A stretch of 64,000 nucleotides of DNA, from the IMG/VR virus record IMGVR_UViG_3300043394_000609. One strand, given 5' to 3'. Under the pieces are notes generated by a model. It searched no databases, was not told the DNA's origin, and saw only the letters and a program-made list of their open reading frames with translations. The DNA comes from a virus (Duplodnaviria; Caudoviricetes). Positions 48,462-57,811 of the stretch are shown here, piece after piece (the first letter of the stretch is position 1; every line of letters starts with the position of its first letter). The position numbers were made by a program, and so were the translations under genes.

Positions 48462-49146
48462 TGTCTCCTGACGGGGCTGTAACTGTGAATAGTAAATCTA
48501 AATTTGGTTTATTTTCTGCAACGAATTTTTTAAAATCTTGTGAATCTTTAATTGGCATAGTTTGAATAAATTGATACACCCCCATTTGATCACTATTACC
48601 ATCAACGGATTTAATCATCATTTCCAACCTTTTTGTGTTTAAAGGTGCGATTTGATTACCGGTGATTGATGTTCTAATTTTTTCTAATTCTTTTTCTTGT
48701 TTTGGTGTAAGAAATTTGAATGTAATTGTTTTTTTAGATTGAGGTAAGAAATATTCAAATTCACCAGATGCATTTGGGATTAAAGTAAAATCTTTAATAC
48801 TAATTGAAGATAAATCAATTGTTGCTTCAAATTCTTTACCGGTAACTGGGTCAGTTAATTCAACATTATATTCGGTACCAAATGCGGTATTTCGTAAAAA
48901 GATTAAAACTGCTTGTCTATCTTCATCAGCTAGTTCATCAATTGAAATGTCTTTATCTAAAATCTTTCTTTTTAAAAGTTCTTCAACAACTAAGTCATTT
49001 TGAACTAAATTTGGTGATGTTAATATATTTTCATCAGCAGCATTTAGGTACCCAACCTTAAGTGATTTTTTCTTGTTTTCATAATGCACTCCTTGAGATG
49101 GTAGTTGTACCACATCATATGCAATATTGGGATTGATATTTTCCAT
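48403..49146 (-). CDS. Tail/baseplate-hub assembly chaperone (T4 gp26-like)
   Basis: VQLPSQGVHY...YLNAADENILTS...DRQAVLIFLRNTAFG; located between tube and tape measure genes. Confidence 0.75.
   Translation of the reverse strand: MENINPNIAYDVVQLPSQGVHYENKKKSLKVGYLNAADENILTSPNLVQNDLVVEELLKRKILDKDISIDELADEDRQAVLIFLRNTAFGTEYNVELTDPVTGKEFEATIDLSSISIKDFTLIPNASGEFEYFLPQSKKTITFKFLTPKQEKELEKIRTSITGNQIAPLNTKRLEMMIKSVDGNSDQMGVYQFIQTMPIKDSQDFKKFVAENKPNLDLLFTVTAPSGDNVRVRLDFGVEFFRPFFGL
48418..48432 (-). other. Putative programmed ribosomal frameshift site GAG-UUU-UUU-CGU-CCC
   Basis: UUU to UUC re-pairing (+1) enters the downstream chaperone frame. Confidence 0.6.
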
Positions 49147-49234
49147 ATTTTTATTTTAATTAAATCTTATTGTTTTTAATATATACTATTTTTTTAGATT
49201 TATCAATCATTTCCCTTGAAGTTGGAATATAAAC

Positions 49235-49272
49235 AAAAAAATCCGTAACCAAATAAATGATTTACGGATTTT
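49235..49272 (-). terminator. Rho-independent terminator after the tail tube gene
   Basis: AAAATCCGTAA/TTACGGATTTT inverted repeat plus U-run. Confidence 0.8.
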
Positions 49273-49297
49273 AAATAATATATTATGTTTCAGTATG

Positions 49298-49786
49298 TTA
49301 GTAAACGTTGATACATCTATCCATTCTAAGACCAGCATCGATTGTTGCAATTTCGTCTTGAGAGTAGTTCAAATCGCCAAAATTTAAACTTGTTAAAAAA
49401 CAACCTTGAAGTATCCATTTTTCAACAACAACACCAGTTGGGTCTAACATTTCTAGTTCAACATCTTTTTTATACCCAGCGGCGTAGCCCATTCTACCTG
49501 TAACTGATTCAGCATGTAAACGGAACCATTCCATTAAAGCTTGAGATGCCGAAGGCCCGATAGGATCCTTGAAAGTAACTTTAATCTCTTCCCAAGTAAA
49601 TCTACCAGCAACGTAAGTTGATGTATTCAAGAAAGGTATTTCAGTTGAATTGATTTTTGCACTAGGACGTGATGTTGAAGTAACATACCACTCATTAATA
49701 CCTAAAGATGATGGGAATCTTAAGATAAATCTATTTTTTCTTTTCGGTTCAAAAGGAACCGGCATTTTCATTAGTAAATCTGCCAT
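49298..49786 (-). CDS. Tail tube protein (gp19-like)
   Basis: FEPKRKNRFIL, RPS...EIPFLN...YVAGRFTW, GYKKD, LDPTGVVVEKWILQGCF. Confidence 0.92.
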   Translation of the reverse strand: MADLLMKMPVPFEPKRKNRFILRFPSSLGINEWYVTSTSRPSAKINSTEIPFLNTSTYVAGRFTWEEIKVTFKDPIGPSASQALMEWFRLHAESVTGRMGYAAGYKKDVELEMLDPTGVVVEKWILQGCFLTSLNFGDLNYSQDEIATIDAGLRMDRCINVY

Positions 49787-49823
49787 TAGTTATTATTATT
49801 TGTTTTTTGTTTATTTCTTTTCT

Positions 49824-49831
49824 TATAAATA
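49824..49831 (-). promoter_or_regulatory. Putative late promoter TATTTATA
   Basis: 37 nt upstream of the tube ATG. Confidence 0.65.
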
Positions 49832-49901
49832 TATCAATACTTCAAAATAATTTTTTTTTACCTAAAATTTGACTTTGTCATTTTTTTTATGTAGCTTTTT
49901 G

Positions 49902-50073
49902 CATAACTCATATAAATAATAAAAATAACTAATAAATAATAATTATATTATAATAAAAAATAACTATATAACTTATAATATATATAACTAATTAATATAT
50001 AATATATATAAATATAATTAATAATATATAATAATATTTTATAATAACTAATTAATAATTAATAAATTATAAA
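49902..50073. repeat. 172-nt G-free, ~95% AT tract with ATAACT repeats (candidate origin/unwinding element)
   Basis: No G on the plus strand between 49901 and 50074; about 8 C, mostly within ATAACT. Confidence 0.7.
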
Positions 50074-50076
50074 GAT

Positions 50077-50113
50077 AAAAATAATGGGGAGAGCTTTCGC
50101 TCTACCCCATTAT
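50077..50113 (-). terminator. Rho-independent terminator after the sheath gene (GAAA tetraloop)
   Basis: AUAAUGGGGUAGAGC-GAAA-GCUCUCCCCAUUAU-UUUU. Confidence 0.9.
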
Positions 50114-50132
50114 AGTAAAATCTAGGTTTTTC

Positions 50133-52988
50133 TTAGATATTTTCAAAAGAAGCACCTGTTGGTGTGATAATGAATTCAACATCAATGAACTCTAAAGCTC
50201 TAGTTGGTTTGATATAAATCTTACCTCTTAAAGTGTTAGCATCAATATCTTCCGGATCATTAGAAACACTTACACGGAAATCGTATAAACCTCTTTCTTT
50301 TTTGATTGATTCTAAAATTGGGTTAACCAATCTTAAGAATTCATTTCTTACTTGATCATCGTTTTGTTCAAACATCAATCTTACCGCAACTGCAGAGATT
50401 AACTTTCTAGCTCTTAATAACAATCTTCTTACGTTGATTCTATCTAAAGCAGATTCTCTAATTTGTAATGTTTTATTACCCCAGATAATTGTTCCGGTAT
50501 CAGAGAATGTCGCGATTGGGTTGATTCTGTTTTTGTATAGTTCATCTCTATCATCTAACGTTAATTTCTTAGCCGCTTTGATTGAGTTTACTAAACCTCT
50601 AGAATAACCAGCTACTGCGAACCATGGGTAAGATACATTATCAGTCAATGCAATGTTTTTCAATACTTCCCCTGTTGGTGGAATGTATAATTGTGTTGCA
50701 TTATCTGTGTCTCTTACTTGGATCCAAGGCCAGTATGTCGCAGAATAGTTAGAATCTAATCCTAAATCATCTAATGCGGTAACTGTCTCATCTGTTGTTG
50801 TGAAGTTAGGCGCATCAATGATGTATAATGAATCCGCTCTATCATTTTCGATAATTTCGATTGTTTTAGTAACTAAGGCACTATGGTCGTTCCAGTTAAT
50901 ACCTGGTGTAGCAAATAAGTTAATATCAACTGCTTCAGGATTAGAGAATGTTTCAACACCTTTTAAGAATGCATAATGATCTGAGTTAGCAACTGTGTCA
51001 CTGAATACCCCACCATTATCAGCATGGTTTCTAGTATATGTTAATTTTCCAAAGATATATGCATCACCTAATGTTTTAACATTTCTATAGATGTCCCAAC
51101 CATCAAATCCACCAAATACTGGCATTGTAAATTTACGGTAAGCCGAAGTGTCTAATTTACCTTTATTTGAACCTTCAAGATCATATGCTGTAGTTTTGTA
51201 TAAAACCTCATTGTTTGTCCCCAAAATTGATGCTGCATTAGATGATAAGTGGAATCCATAAGTCGCAGACCCTGCATCAGCTCCTTTATAAACTAACATA
51301 TCATTATCATATTTGAAATGTGCGTCAGTTGAGAAACCTAAAGTTGTTCTTTTTACTTTATCACCATTAGTGATTTGAGCAGTACCATCAGCGTCATAAT
51401 ATAAAACATCACCTGCATCATAATATTTTGTTTTAAATGTAACACCACCAATATTATCTTTAGTTGTAAATCCTTTAAAACCAGCAGGAACTGCATCAAC
51501 TGGGTGATCTTCAGAAAGAACTAACATGATATATTTCGATCTTAATTCATACTCACCATCTGATGTACCAATTTTTCTACCAATGTAACCTGGCATATCT
51601 GGATTCATAGAACATCTAGTGTATTTTTCAAGCACAACTTGATTAGCGTCAGTATCATTAAAGTCACGAACTAACACATTAAATTCGCCAGTGTCTAAAT
51701 CAATATCTTGAATTGTTACTTTAACTTCGTAGTTTGCTGAATTACCATCAGAAACTGTTAAGATTTGGAATAAGTCAGAAACTTTACCACCTCTTACTTC
51801 AGAAACAACGATAGAAGAACCAGGAGTGTCCCATTCTTTTACAAAATTATCACCTTCAGCATTTACATATGTGTCAACACTAAGACCTCTAATAATTCCT
51901 TGTTCGAATAAATTAGAAACTAAATTAGGATAAACCTCATGAACATAAACCGGATATTCTGTTTTATCTTTGTCGAATACGTCTTCACCAATAACTTTGT
52001 TAATATATTTTGAAGATGCTTTATCTAATGAAACTGTAAAATCTCTTACGTCATTATCAACATCAGTTACACTTAAAGTGAATTCTGCTAATGGGCTTTT
52101 TGAAATATTTGCGCCACTAATACTAATTGCACTATTTCCAGTTACTCTATGTGTTAATTCCTCAGAAATGTAAGAACCACGTGATCTTAATAAACAAACA
52201 ACTGCGTCAGCATATTCTGTGTTTAATGATGCATCATATGTAAATTTAGTTACATTGAAACCAGTAAAACCAGTTGATGCTTCATATTCGAATAAATAAG
52301 AATAAACAGCATCAATTGTTGAATCGTCCCCTGGCGTTGCTTCATGATAAAATGTGTTATACCAATCTTTGTTATTGTTGTCACCAATAGGTGATGTTAA
52401 TTTACTTGATAAACTTAAACCACTAGTTTCAGTTGAATCAACTAAACCAATAGTAAACCATTCACCATTTGAATAAGCACCAGATGAATTAGTTCCACTT
52501 AAAAGATATTCAGTGATTGTTGTACCTTCAGTAGATGTTTTTCCAGATAATTCAGCATATATTGTGCTATTATCAATCTGATCTAATGTTCCAACTTGCA
52601 TTGTGATACCTGTTGTAGTACTATATGATGTAGTATCTACTGTTACCCCACCTAATGTTTTAATACCGTAAGTAGTATCTGGTTTGTAACCAGTTAAACC
52701 TAATACACGAGTTACAAATAATTGATTTGATTCTTGTAAATATGATTTTGCTACATAAGGTAATTGATATTTTGGTAAACCTAAGCCGTCTTTTGCAGGC
52801 GAAGGAGACCCAAAATAAGTTTTAAATTCGTCAAAGTTTGAAATAAGTATTGGTTCGAAAGCTGGACCTTTTAAAGTCTCACCCACTAATCCCAATGTAG
52901 TTACCCCAACACTTTGAGCTACGAATGTTAGATCCTTCTCTGATGTGTAGACACCTGGAGATACGAATACTCTGTTTGAATTTGCCAT
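50133..52988 (-). CDS. Contractile tail sheath protein (gp18-like)
   Basis: SPGVYTSEKD, GETLKGP, YSATYWPW, PWFAVAGYSRG, INPI, WGNKTL, RINVRRLL, IKPTRALEFI. Confidence 0.96.
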   Translation of the reverse strand: MANSNRVFVSPGVYTSEKDLTFVAQSVGVTTLGLVGETLKGPAFEPILISNFDEFKTYFGSPSPAKDGLGLPKYQLPYVAKSYLQESNQLFVTRVLGLTGYKPDTTYGIKTLGGVTVDTTSYSTTTGITMQVGTLDQIDNSTIYAELSGKTSTEGTTITEYLLSGTNSSGAYSNGEWFTIGLVDSTETSGLSLSSKLTSPIGDNNNKDWYNTFYHEATPGDDSTIDAVYSYLFEYEASTGFTGFNVTKFTYDASLNTEYADAVVCLLRSRGSYISEELTHRVTGNSAISISGANISKSPLAEFTLSVTDVDNDVRDFTVSLDKASSKYINKVIGEDVFDKDKTEYPVYVHEVYPNLVSNLFEQGIIRGLSVDTYVNAEGDNFVKEWDTPGSSIVVSEVRGGKVSDLFQILTVSDGNSANYEVKVTIQDIDLDTGEFNVLVRDFNDTDANQVVLEKYTRCSMNPDMPGYIGRKIGTSDGEYELRSKYIMLVLSEDHPVDAVPAGFKGFTTKDNIGGVTFKTKYYDAGDVLYYDADGTAQITNGDKVKRTTLGFSTDAHFKYDNDMLVYKGADAGSATYGFHLSSNAASILGTNNEVLYKTTAYDLEGSNKGKLDTSAYRKFTMPVFGGFDGWDIYRNVKTLGDAYIFGKLTYTRNHADNGGVFSDTVANSDHYAFLKGVETFSNPEAVDINLFATPGINWNDHSALVTKTIEIIENDRADSLYIIDAPNFTTTDETVTALDDLGLDSNYSATYWPWIQVRDTDNATQLYIPPTGEVLKNIALTDNVSYPWFAVAGYSRGLVNSIKAAKKLTLDDRDELYKNRINPIATFSDTGTIIWGNKTLQIRESALDRINVRRLLLRARKLISAVAVRLMFEQNDDQVRNEFLRLVNPILESIKKERGLYDFRVSVSNDPEDIDANTLRGKIYIKPTRALEFIDVEFIITPTGASFENI

Positions 52989-53025
52989 TGATAATTTTTT
53001 GGTTAAAATATTTTTATTCTTATCA

Positions 53026-53033
53026 AATAAATA
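53026..53033 (-). promoter_or_regulatory. Putative late promoter TATTTATT
   Basis: 37 nt upstream of the sheath ATG. Confidence 0.6.
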
Positions 53034-53102
53034 TCTTTGTTTTTAGCAAAGATTTCGCAAATTTTATGTATTTAGGTTGTATTTGTTGTTTTAGTCTTTT
53101 TT

Positions 53103-54338
53103 TTAGTATAAATAAGTGACCCCAATTCTAGATCCTACAATTGGTGTGTAGTTTAATATTATAGTTGATTGACCTGTAATGTCAAATCCAGAACCCTCTT
53201 CTTCAACTAAACCATTAATATCTAAACTGACAACACTACTAATTGCACTTAAAACCGTGAATTCTAATGTTGACCCATCATATTCAAAATATTCTGTTGC
53301 CACTTGTATTGGTTTACCATAACTGTCAATGATAACACTATTTCTACCTTTGTAATATGTGACAACAATTACACTACCCTCAATTGGTGGACTGACAAAA
53401 GAAATTTTAGAAGTACCTGCAATATGGAAAAAATCAACATCCCTTTCTTGCATCAAACCATTTATAGTTACACTAAATAAAATACCGATACTTTCACCAA
53501 CACTAAACATAGTTTGTAAACCATCGGCCGGAAATGAGACTATAGTTAGGTCAATTGTTTTATTAACATATTTTTTTTGATAATTCGTATTTTTTGCAAA
53601 TTCTGTCATTAAAAACATTCTGCTGATTGCTGGTTTTACTTCGAATTCATCTTGGTCAATTAAAAACCCTAACATCGTAAATTGATAGTTTTGTAGATAA
53701 TATCTACGACCATCTATTTGATCAATCGGTGAATTATCTTCAACTTTTTCAAGAATAATTGGAATATAGTGACCTTTAACAGTAGTATACGCCTGTCTAG
53801 AAGCAAACTTTCTTAAAACAATTTGATTCAATTTATTTAAATCTCTGAATTTAGTACAAACAATAGTTACCTCATATGTAATATCAACCGGTATTGGTTG
53901 TGGTATTTTATAAATGTCTGCACCCATTTGTGTTCCGTTCCATGTAGCAACAGAAGCGTAATGAAAATTTTGTCTTTCCGGTATTGTTCTAATAATTGAC
54001 GGGTTAGATCCTGGCTGTACATCTGGTCGTCTAATAATACCAATTAATGGTACCTTCATGTTACCATCGTCATCGGAAAACTCCCAAGTGTTAGTTATTT
54101 GTGACCATCTTTGAATCGTCATGATTTTTGGTATAACTGGAATTTTAGTCCCACCAGAAATTACTTGAAAATTTGTTTTTACAAAATCTAGCATACCCGA
54201 ATCTAAATCGTCATGTAACACAGAATCAGGTAAATATGAATCAGATTTTGTAATCCTATCTAATAGTTCCTGTCTTCTTTCTGTAAGTTCTTTACCTTTG
54301 TAGACTTGTATGTTATTTTTTCTTTTTGGTACTGCCAT
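53103..54338 (-). CDS. Tail terminator/neck protein (gp15-like) with two C-terminal adaptor repeats
   Basis: PQPIPVDITYEVTI...LNKL; tandem F..DG....F...INGL......F......I....P..GS.I.VTY repeats. Confidence 0.6.
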   Translation of the reverse strand: MAVPKRKNNIQVYKGKELTERRQELLDRITKSDSYLPDSVLHDDLDSGMLDFVKTNFQVISGGTKIPVIPKIMTIQRWSQITNTWEFSDDDGNMKVPLIGIIRRPDVQPGSNPSIIRTIPERQNFHYASVATWNGTQMGADIYKIPQPIPVDITYEVTIVCTKFRDLNKLNQIVLRKFASRQAYTTVKGHYIPIILEKVEDNSPIDQIDGRRYYLQNYQFTMLGFLIDQDEFEVKPAISRMFLMTEFAKNTNYQKKYVNKTIDLTIVSFPADGLQTMFSVGESIGILFSVTINGLMQERDVDFFHIAGTSKISFVSPPIEGSVIVVTYYKGRNSVIIDSYGKPIQVATEYFEYDGSTLEFTVLSAISSVVSLDINGLVEEEGSGFDITGQSTIILNYTPIVGSRIGVTYLY

Positions 54339-54339
54339 G

Positions 54340-54852
54340 TTATACTCCTCTAAATTCTTGTTCTTGAGCTATTGCACAAGTTATTGTTCTATAATATGGT
54401 TTATACCCAAATAAATTGTGTTTATTATCTGATGTTACTTTACCGTCATTTGTAACAGTATAATATCTCATTTTACTTTCCGTTTCTGGGTAACCAATAA
54501 AGTCACCATATTTTATGTCAATATTTAATTCTTCAAGATGTTTTATGTAAATTGAAAGAATTAAATTACCTGGCTCATTGAATCTTAATAACCCAGATTT
54601 ATATGAATTATTTTTAGGTTCTTCAATCTTAACTAACGCGTTAATTTCAACTGGTGGGAAGTATTTAATTTCATCAATACCAACCTCACCATAAACATCA
54701 TCTTTATCGGTTTTTTGTCTATCAACTCGGTACAATACCAATTTCATGTTTAAATCACCATGAAGGTACTCTTGGCCAATCTGTATTTGCAAATCAAAGT
54801 CTTCTTGACCAAAAAATTTGCTTAATCTCGTTATAGGTAGTTTGTTATCCAT
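54340..54852 (-). CDS. Neck/head-closure protein (gp14-like)
   Basis: LYRVD...DDVYGE...K.FPPVE...IKYGDFI..YYTV; neck-gene position. Confidence 0.65.
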   Translation of the reverse strand: MDNKLPITRLSKFFGQEDFDLQIQIGQEYLHGDLNMKLVLYRVDRQKTDKDDVYGEVGIDEIKYFPPVEINALVKIEEPKNNSYKSGLLRFNEPGNLILSIYIKHLEELNIDIKYGDFIGYPETESKMRYYTVTNDGKVTSDNKHNLFGYKPYYRTITCAIAQEQEFRGV

Positions 54853-54857
54853 ACAGT

Positions 54858-54865
54858 AATAAATA
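54858..54865 (-). promoter_or_regulatory. Putative late promoter TATTTATT
   Basis: 5 nt upstream of the ATG at 54852, in a divergent intergenic region. Confidence 0.6.
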
Positions 54866-54902
54866 GTTTATATTGTGTTTGGAAATAGTTATATTAAGAA
54901 TT

Positions 54903-56654
54903 ATGGAAACAAAAATACCAGAAGTTGTTGCTAGAGAAATTTTAGTGTCTTATGACGGGTCAAATAATCAGATATTAGACTGGAAAAGAAAGATGGTAGA
55001 ATCAAAGTATTTTAGTCTTTCTAGAACACAAGCCGACTACATTATTAAACACGAGAAGATAGTTCCAAAAATAGCAAGGAAGTATGTTAAAATCGTGTCA
55101 AACTTTGGTGAAAAATTAAGAGAAGACAAGCTATTGGCCAAAATACCAGAAAAACTATGGTTTGAAAAATTATTGTGCGAATCTGACAAAGCTTACCACA
55201 TTTGGGGTCGAATTAGTGATTCGGATAATTTACATGCTTTTTGGATTCCTAAAGCCGCAATTATACAAGAAGAAAAAAAATTAAATAGAGTCGTTGATTA
55301 TAGCCCTTATGATTCTAGACCACCAATGGAACATCAGAAAGAAGCGGTTGAAAAATTATTAGCAAACAATAAATTTATTTTAGCTGATGACATGGGTCTT
55401 GGTAAAACAACTGCAGCTGTTATTGGTGCACTAGAAAGTGGTGCAAAAAAAATATTGATCGTTTGTCCGGCCTCACTTAAACTTAACTGGGAGCGCGAGA
55501 TAAGAAATTATACTGACCGTCGAACATTAGTTGTTGAAGGTAGGAAGTGGGGGTCGACTTTTGACTTCTACATTATCAATTATGACATTCTAAAAAATTT
55601 CCACACAACAGATAATAGCGAAGATAGTGAAGCATACAAATTAATCATGAATGAAGGATTTGATTTAGCAATTGTCGATGAGGCGCATTATATTGCAAAT
55701 GCCACCGCACAAAGAACAAAGCTTTTAAATGACATATTAAGTATGATTCCTAAGGTTTGGTTGTTAACGGGCACACCAATGACATCTAGACCAATCAACT
55801 ATTTTAATTTACTTAGTATTGTTGATTCACCATTAGCACTTAACTGGCAAAGTTATGTTAGAAGATATTGTGCTGGTTATCAATTTACTGTTAAAGGAAG
55901 AAAGATATGGAATACTAGTGGTTCATCTAATTTAGATGAGCTTAGAGAGAGAACTAAAAATTTAGTTCTTCGTAGAATGAAAAATGACATTTTAGATTTA
56001 CCAGAGAAAATTATTGCCCCGGTTTATTTAGAATTGAAGAATACGTACTATGACGAAGAATTGGAAGAATTTATGCGTATCTCAAAAGAAAATAAAACTA
56101 AAGAAAACATCTCTGTCACATTAAATCGTTTAATGAGAATTAGACAACTTATTGCCGTGGAAAAAGTACCGTATACTTGTGAATTAATTGATAAATTTAT
56201 TGAACAAGGTAAAAAAGTAATTGTTTTAACTAATTTCACCATGTCATTAGATATGATTCATGAAAAGTATAAGAAAAACTCGGTTACTTTAGATGGTAGA
56301 ATGCACAAGGATAAAAGACAGGAAAATGTTGATAGATTTCAAACTGACGATAAAGTAAAGGTTTTTATTGGTAATATCAAAGCAGCAGGTGTTGGGATAA
56401 CATTAACTGCAGCTGAAGTGGTTATTATGAATGACCTTTCTTTTGTTCCTTCTGATCACGCACAGGGTGAAGATAGAGCATACCGTTATGGGCAAAAGAA
56501 CAGTGTGTTGGTTTATTACCCAATTTTCGATAATACAATTGAAAGACAAGTATACAACATTTTACAGAAAAAAAAGAAAGATATCGATCAAGTTATGGGG
56601 GACGGAGAATATAGTGATACTTTCGCATCAGAACTTCTTAAGAATTTAGTATAG
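54903..56654 (+). CDS. SNF2-family (SMARCAL1/HARP-like) helicase
   Basis: LADDMGLGKT, VCPASLKLNW, DEAH, LTGTP, AAGVGITLT, QGEDRAYRYGQ; the ATG at 54903 is preferred over the alternative start at 54873. Confidence 0.92.
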   Translation: METKIPEVVAREILVSYDGSNNQILDWKRKMVESKYFSLSRTQADYIIKHEKIVPKIARKYVKIVSNFGEKLREDKLLAKIPEKLWFEKLLCESDKAYHIWGRISDSDNLHAFWIPKAAIIQEEKKLNRVVDYSPYDSRPPMEHQKEAVEKLLANNKFILADDMGLGKTTAAVIGALESGAKKILIVCPASLKLNWEREIRNYTDRRTLVVEGRKWGSTFDFYIINYDILKNFHTTDNSEDSEAYKLIMNEGFDLAIVDEAHYIANATAQRTKLLNDILSMIPKVWLLTGTPMTSRPINYFNLLSIVDSPLALNWQSYVRRYCAGYQFTVKGRKIWNTSGSSNLDELRERTKNLVLRRMKNDILDLPEKIIAPVYLELKNTYYDEELEEFMRISKENKTKENISVTLNRLMRIRQLIAVEKVPYTCELIDKFIEQGKKVIVLTNFTMSLDMIHEKYKKNSVTLDGRMHKDKRQENVDRFQTDDKVKVFIGNIKAAGVGITLTAAEVVIMNDLSFVPSDHAQGEDRAYRYGQKNSVLVYYPIFDNTIERQVYNILQKKKKDIDQVMGDGEYSDTFASELLKNLV

Positions 56655-56671
56655 TTTTATTTGTGTTCTGG

Positions 56672-56679
56672 TATTTATT
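56672..56679 (+). promoter_or_regulatory. Putative late promoter TATTTATT (plus strand)
   Basis: 16 nt upstream of the only plus-strand structural gene; the orientation flips with the gene. Confidence 0.65.
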
Positions 56680-56695
56680 ATAAAAGATTTAATCG

Positions 56696-57811
56696 ATGAG
56701 CACAATTATTAACGGAACTGAAAGAGAAAAATTATATACCCAAATTTTGCATTTGTTGGGAATGCCAGTTAGAGGCGTTGAATTGACAGAAGAGCAAATG
56801 GATACGTTTTTAGAGCTTTCTATTAACGAATATGATCAAATGGTCAACGATTGGTTAATTGAGTCACAGTGGTCTTCTTTAGTGGGTCTAGATATGGACA
56901 CTCAATCTATAGCTAATGCATTCACAACAAGAAACATGAATTTTGAAGATCAATTTACATATTCATATTCTAAAATTGTTGGGTTACAAGCTAATGGTCC
57001 TTGGGTTCTTAAAAAAGATTATATTGAATTAGTTTCTGCTCAACAAGTATATGAAATACCAGCTGGTCGTGAAATCAATGAATTATTATGGTTTAGCCGC
57101 GCAGAATTAAGTGACTCTATTGTCGACCCATTTTTAGGTGGGTTTGGTGGTCTAGGTGGTGTTGGATTCGGTGGTGTCGGTGGATTCGCACAAGTAGGTG
57201 CTTCTGGTTCTTACTTTATGCTACCAGCATTTGATCTTTTAATGAGAATGCAAGATAGAAATTTAAAAAACCGTTTAATTGGTGGTGATCTAACATATAG
57301 AATTACCGCTGGACCTGAAGGTAAAAAATATGTTCACTTATACAATGTACCGGGTGGTAAATTTGACTTTGGATCCATATCACAAAACAATCAAAAAGTT
57401 TGGTATTGGTATTATGACACATTCGATAGAGATTCTTGTTTGCAAGCAAATAAAGATGTTGTTAAATTACCATCAGATGTAACGACAGATGCATTAGTTT
57501 GGTCTGATTTAAATAGACCAGCACAAAACTGGGTAAGAAAATATCTTACAACATACTGTAAAGAAACTTTGGGTAGAATATATGGTAAATTTTCTGGTGA
57601 TCTTAAAGTACCAGATAGTGATGTAAAATTAGATTACACAACATTATTAACAGAAGCAAAAGACGAAAGATTAAAACTTAATGAAGAATTAACTCAAAGA
57701 TTAGAACGTCTTCGTCCTGATAAAATGTTAGAAAGAAAAGGAACTGAAGCAGAGAATTTGAACAAGGCCCTGAAATACAGAGCCATGCCAAATCCATTTA
57801 ACGTTATATAA
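56696..57811 (+). CDS. Neck/head-tail adaptor protein (gp13-like)
   Basis: LGMPVRGVELTEEQMD, WVRKYLTTYCKETLGRIYGKF, LLTEAKDE; Gly-rich insert. Confidence 0.75.
   Translation: MSTIINGTEREKLYTQILHLLGMPVRGVELTEEQMDTFLELSINEYDQMVNDWLIESQWSSLVGLDMDTQSIANAFTTRNMNFEDQFTYSYSKIVGLQANGPWVLKKDYIELVSAQQVYEIPAGREINELLWFSRAELSDSIVDPFLGGFGGLGGVGFGGVGGFAQVGASGSYFMLPAFDLLMRMQDRNLKNRLIGGDLTYRITAGPEGKKYVHLYNVPGGKFDFGSISQNNQKVWYWYYDTFDRDSCLQANKDVVKLPSDVTTDALVWSDLNRPAQNWVRKYLTTYCKETLGRIYGKFSGDLKVPDSDVKLDYTTLLTEAKDERLKLNEELTQRLERLRPDKMLERKGTEAENLNKALKYRAMPNPFNVI

Noticed and set aside
49208-49226. parS-like site (atttcccttgaagt)
   Set aside because: Only about 9 of 14 positions match GTTTCACGTGAAAC and it is not palindromic.
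23328-54852. Bacterial extracellular contractile injection system or tailocin
   Set aside because: Head-tail neck genes and a full phage replication set are interleaved, indicating a phage genome.
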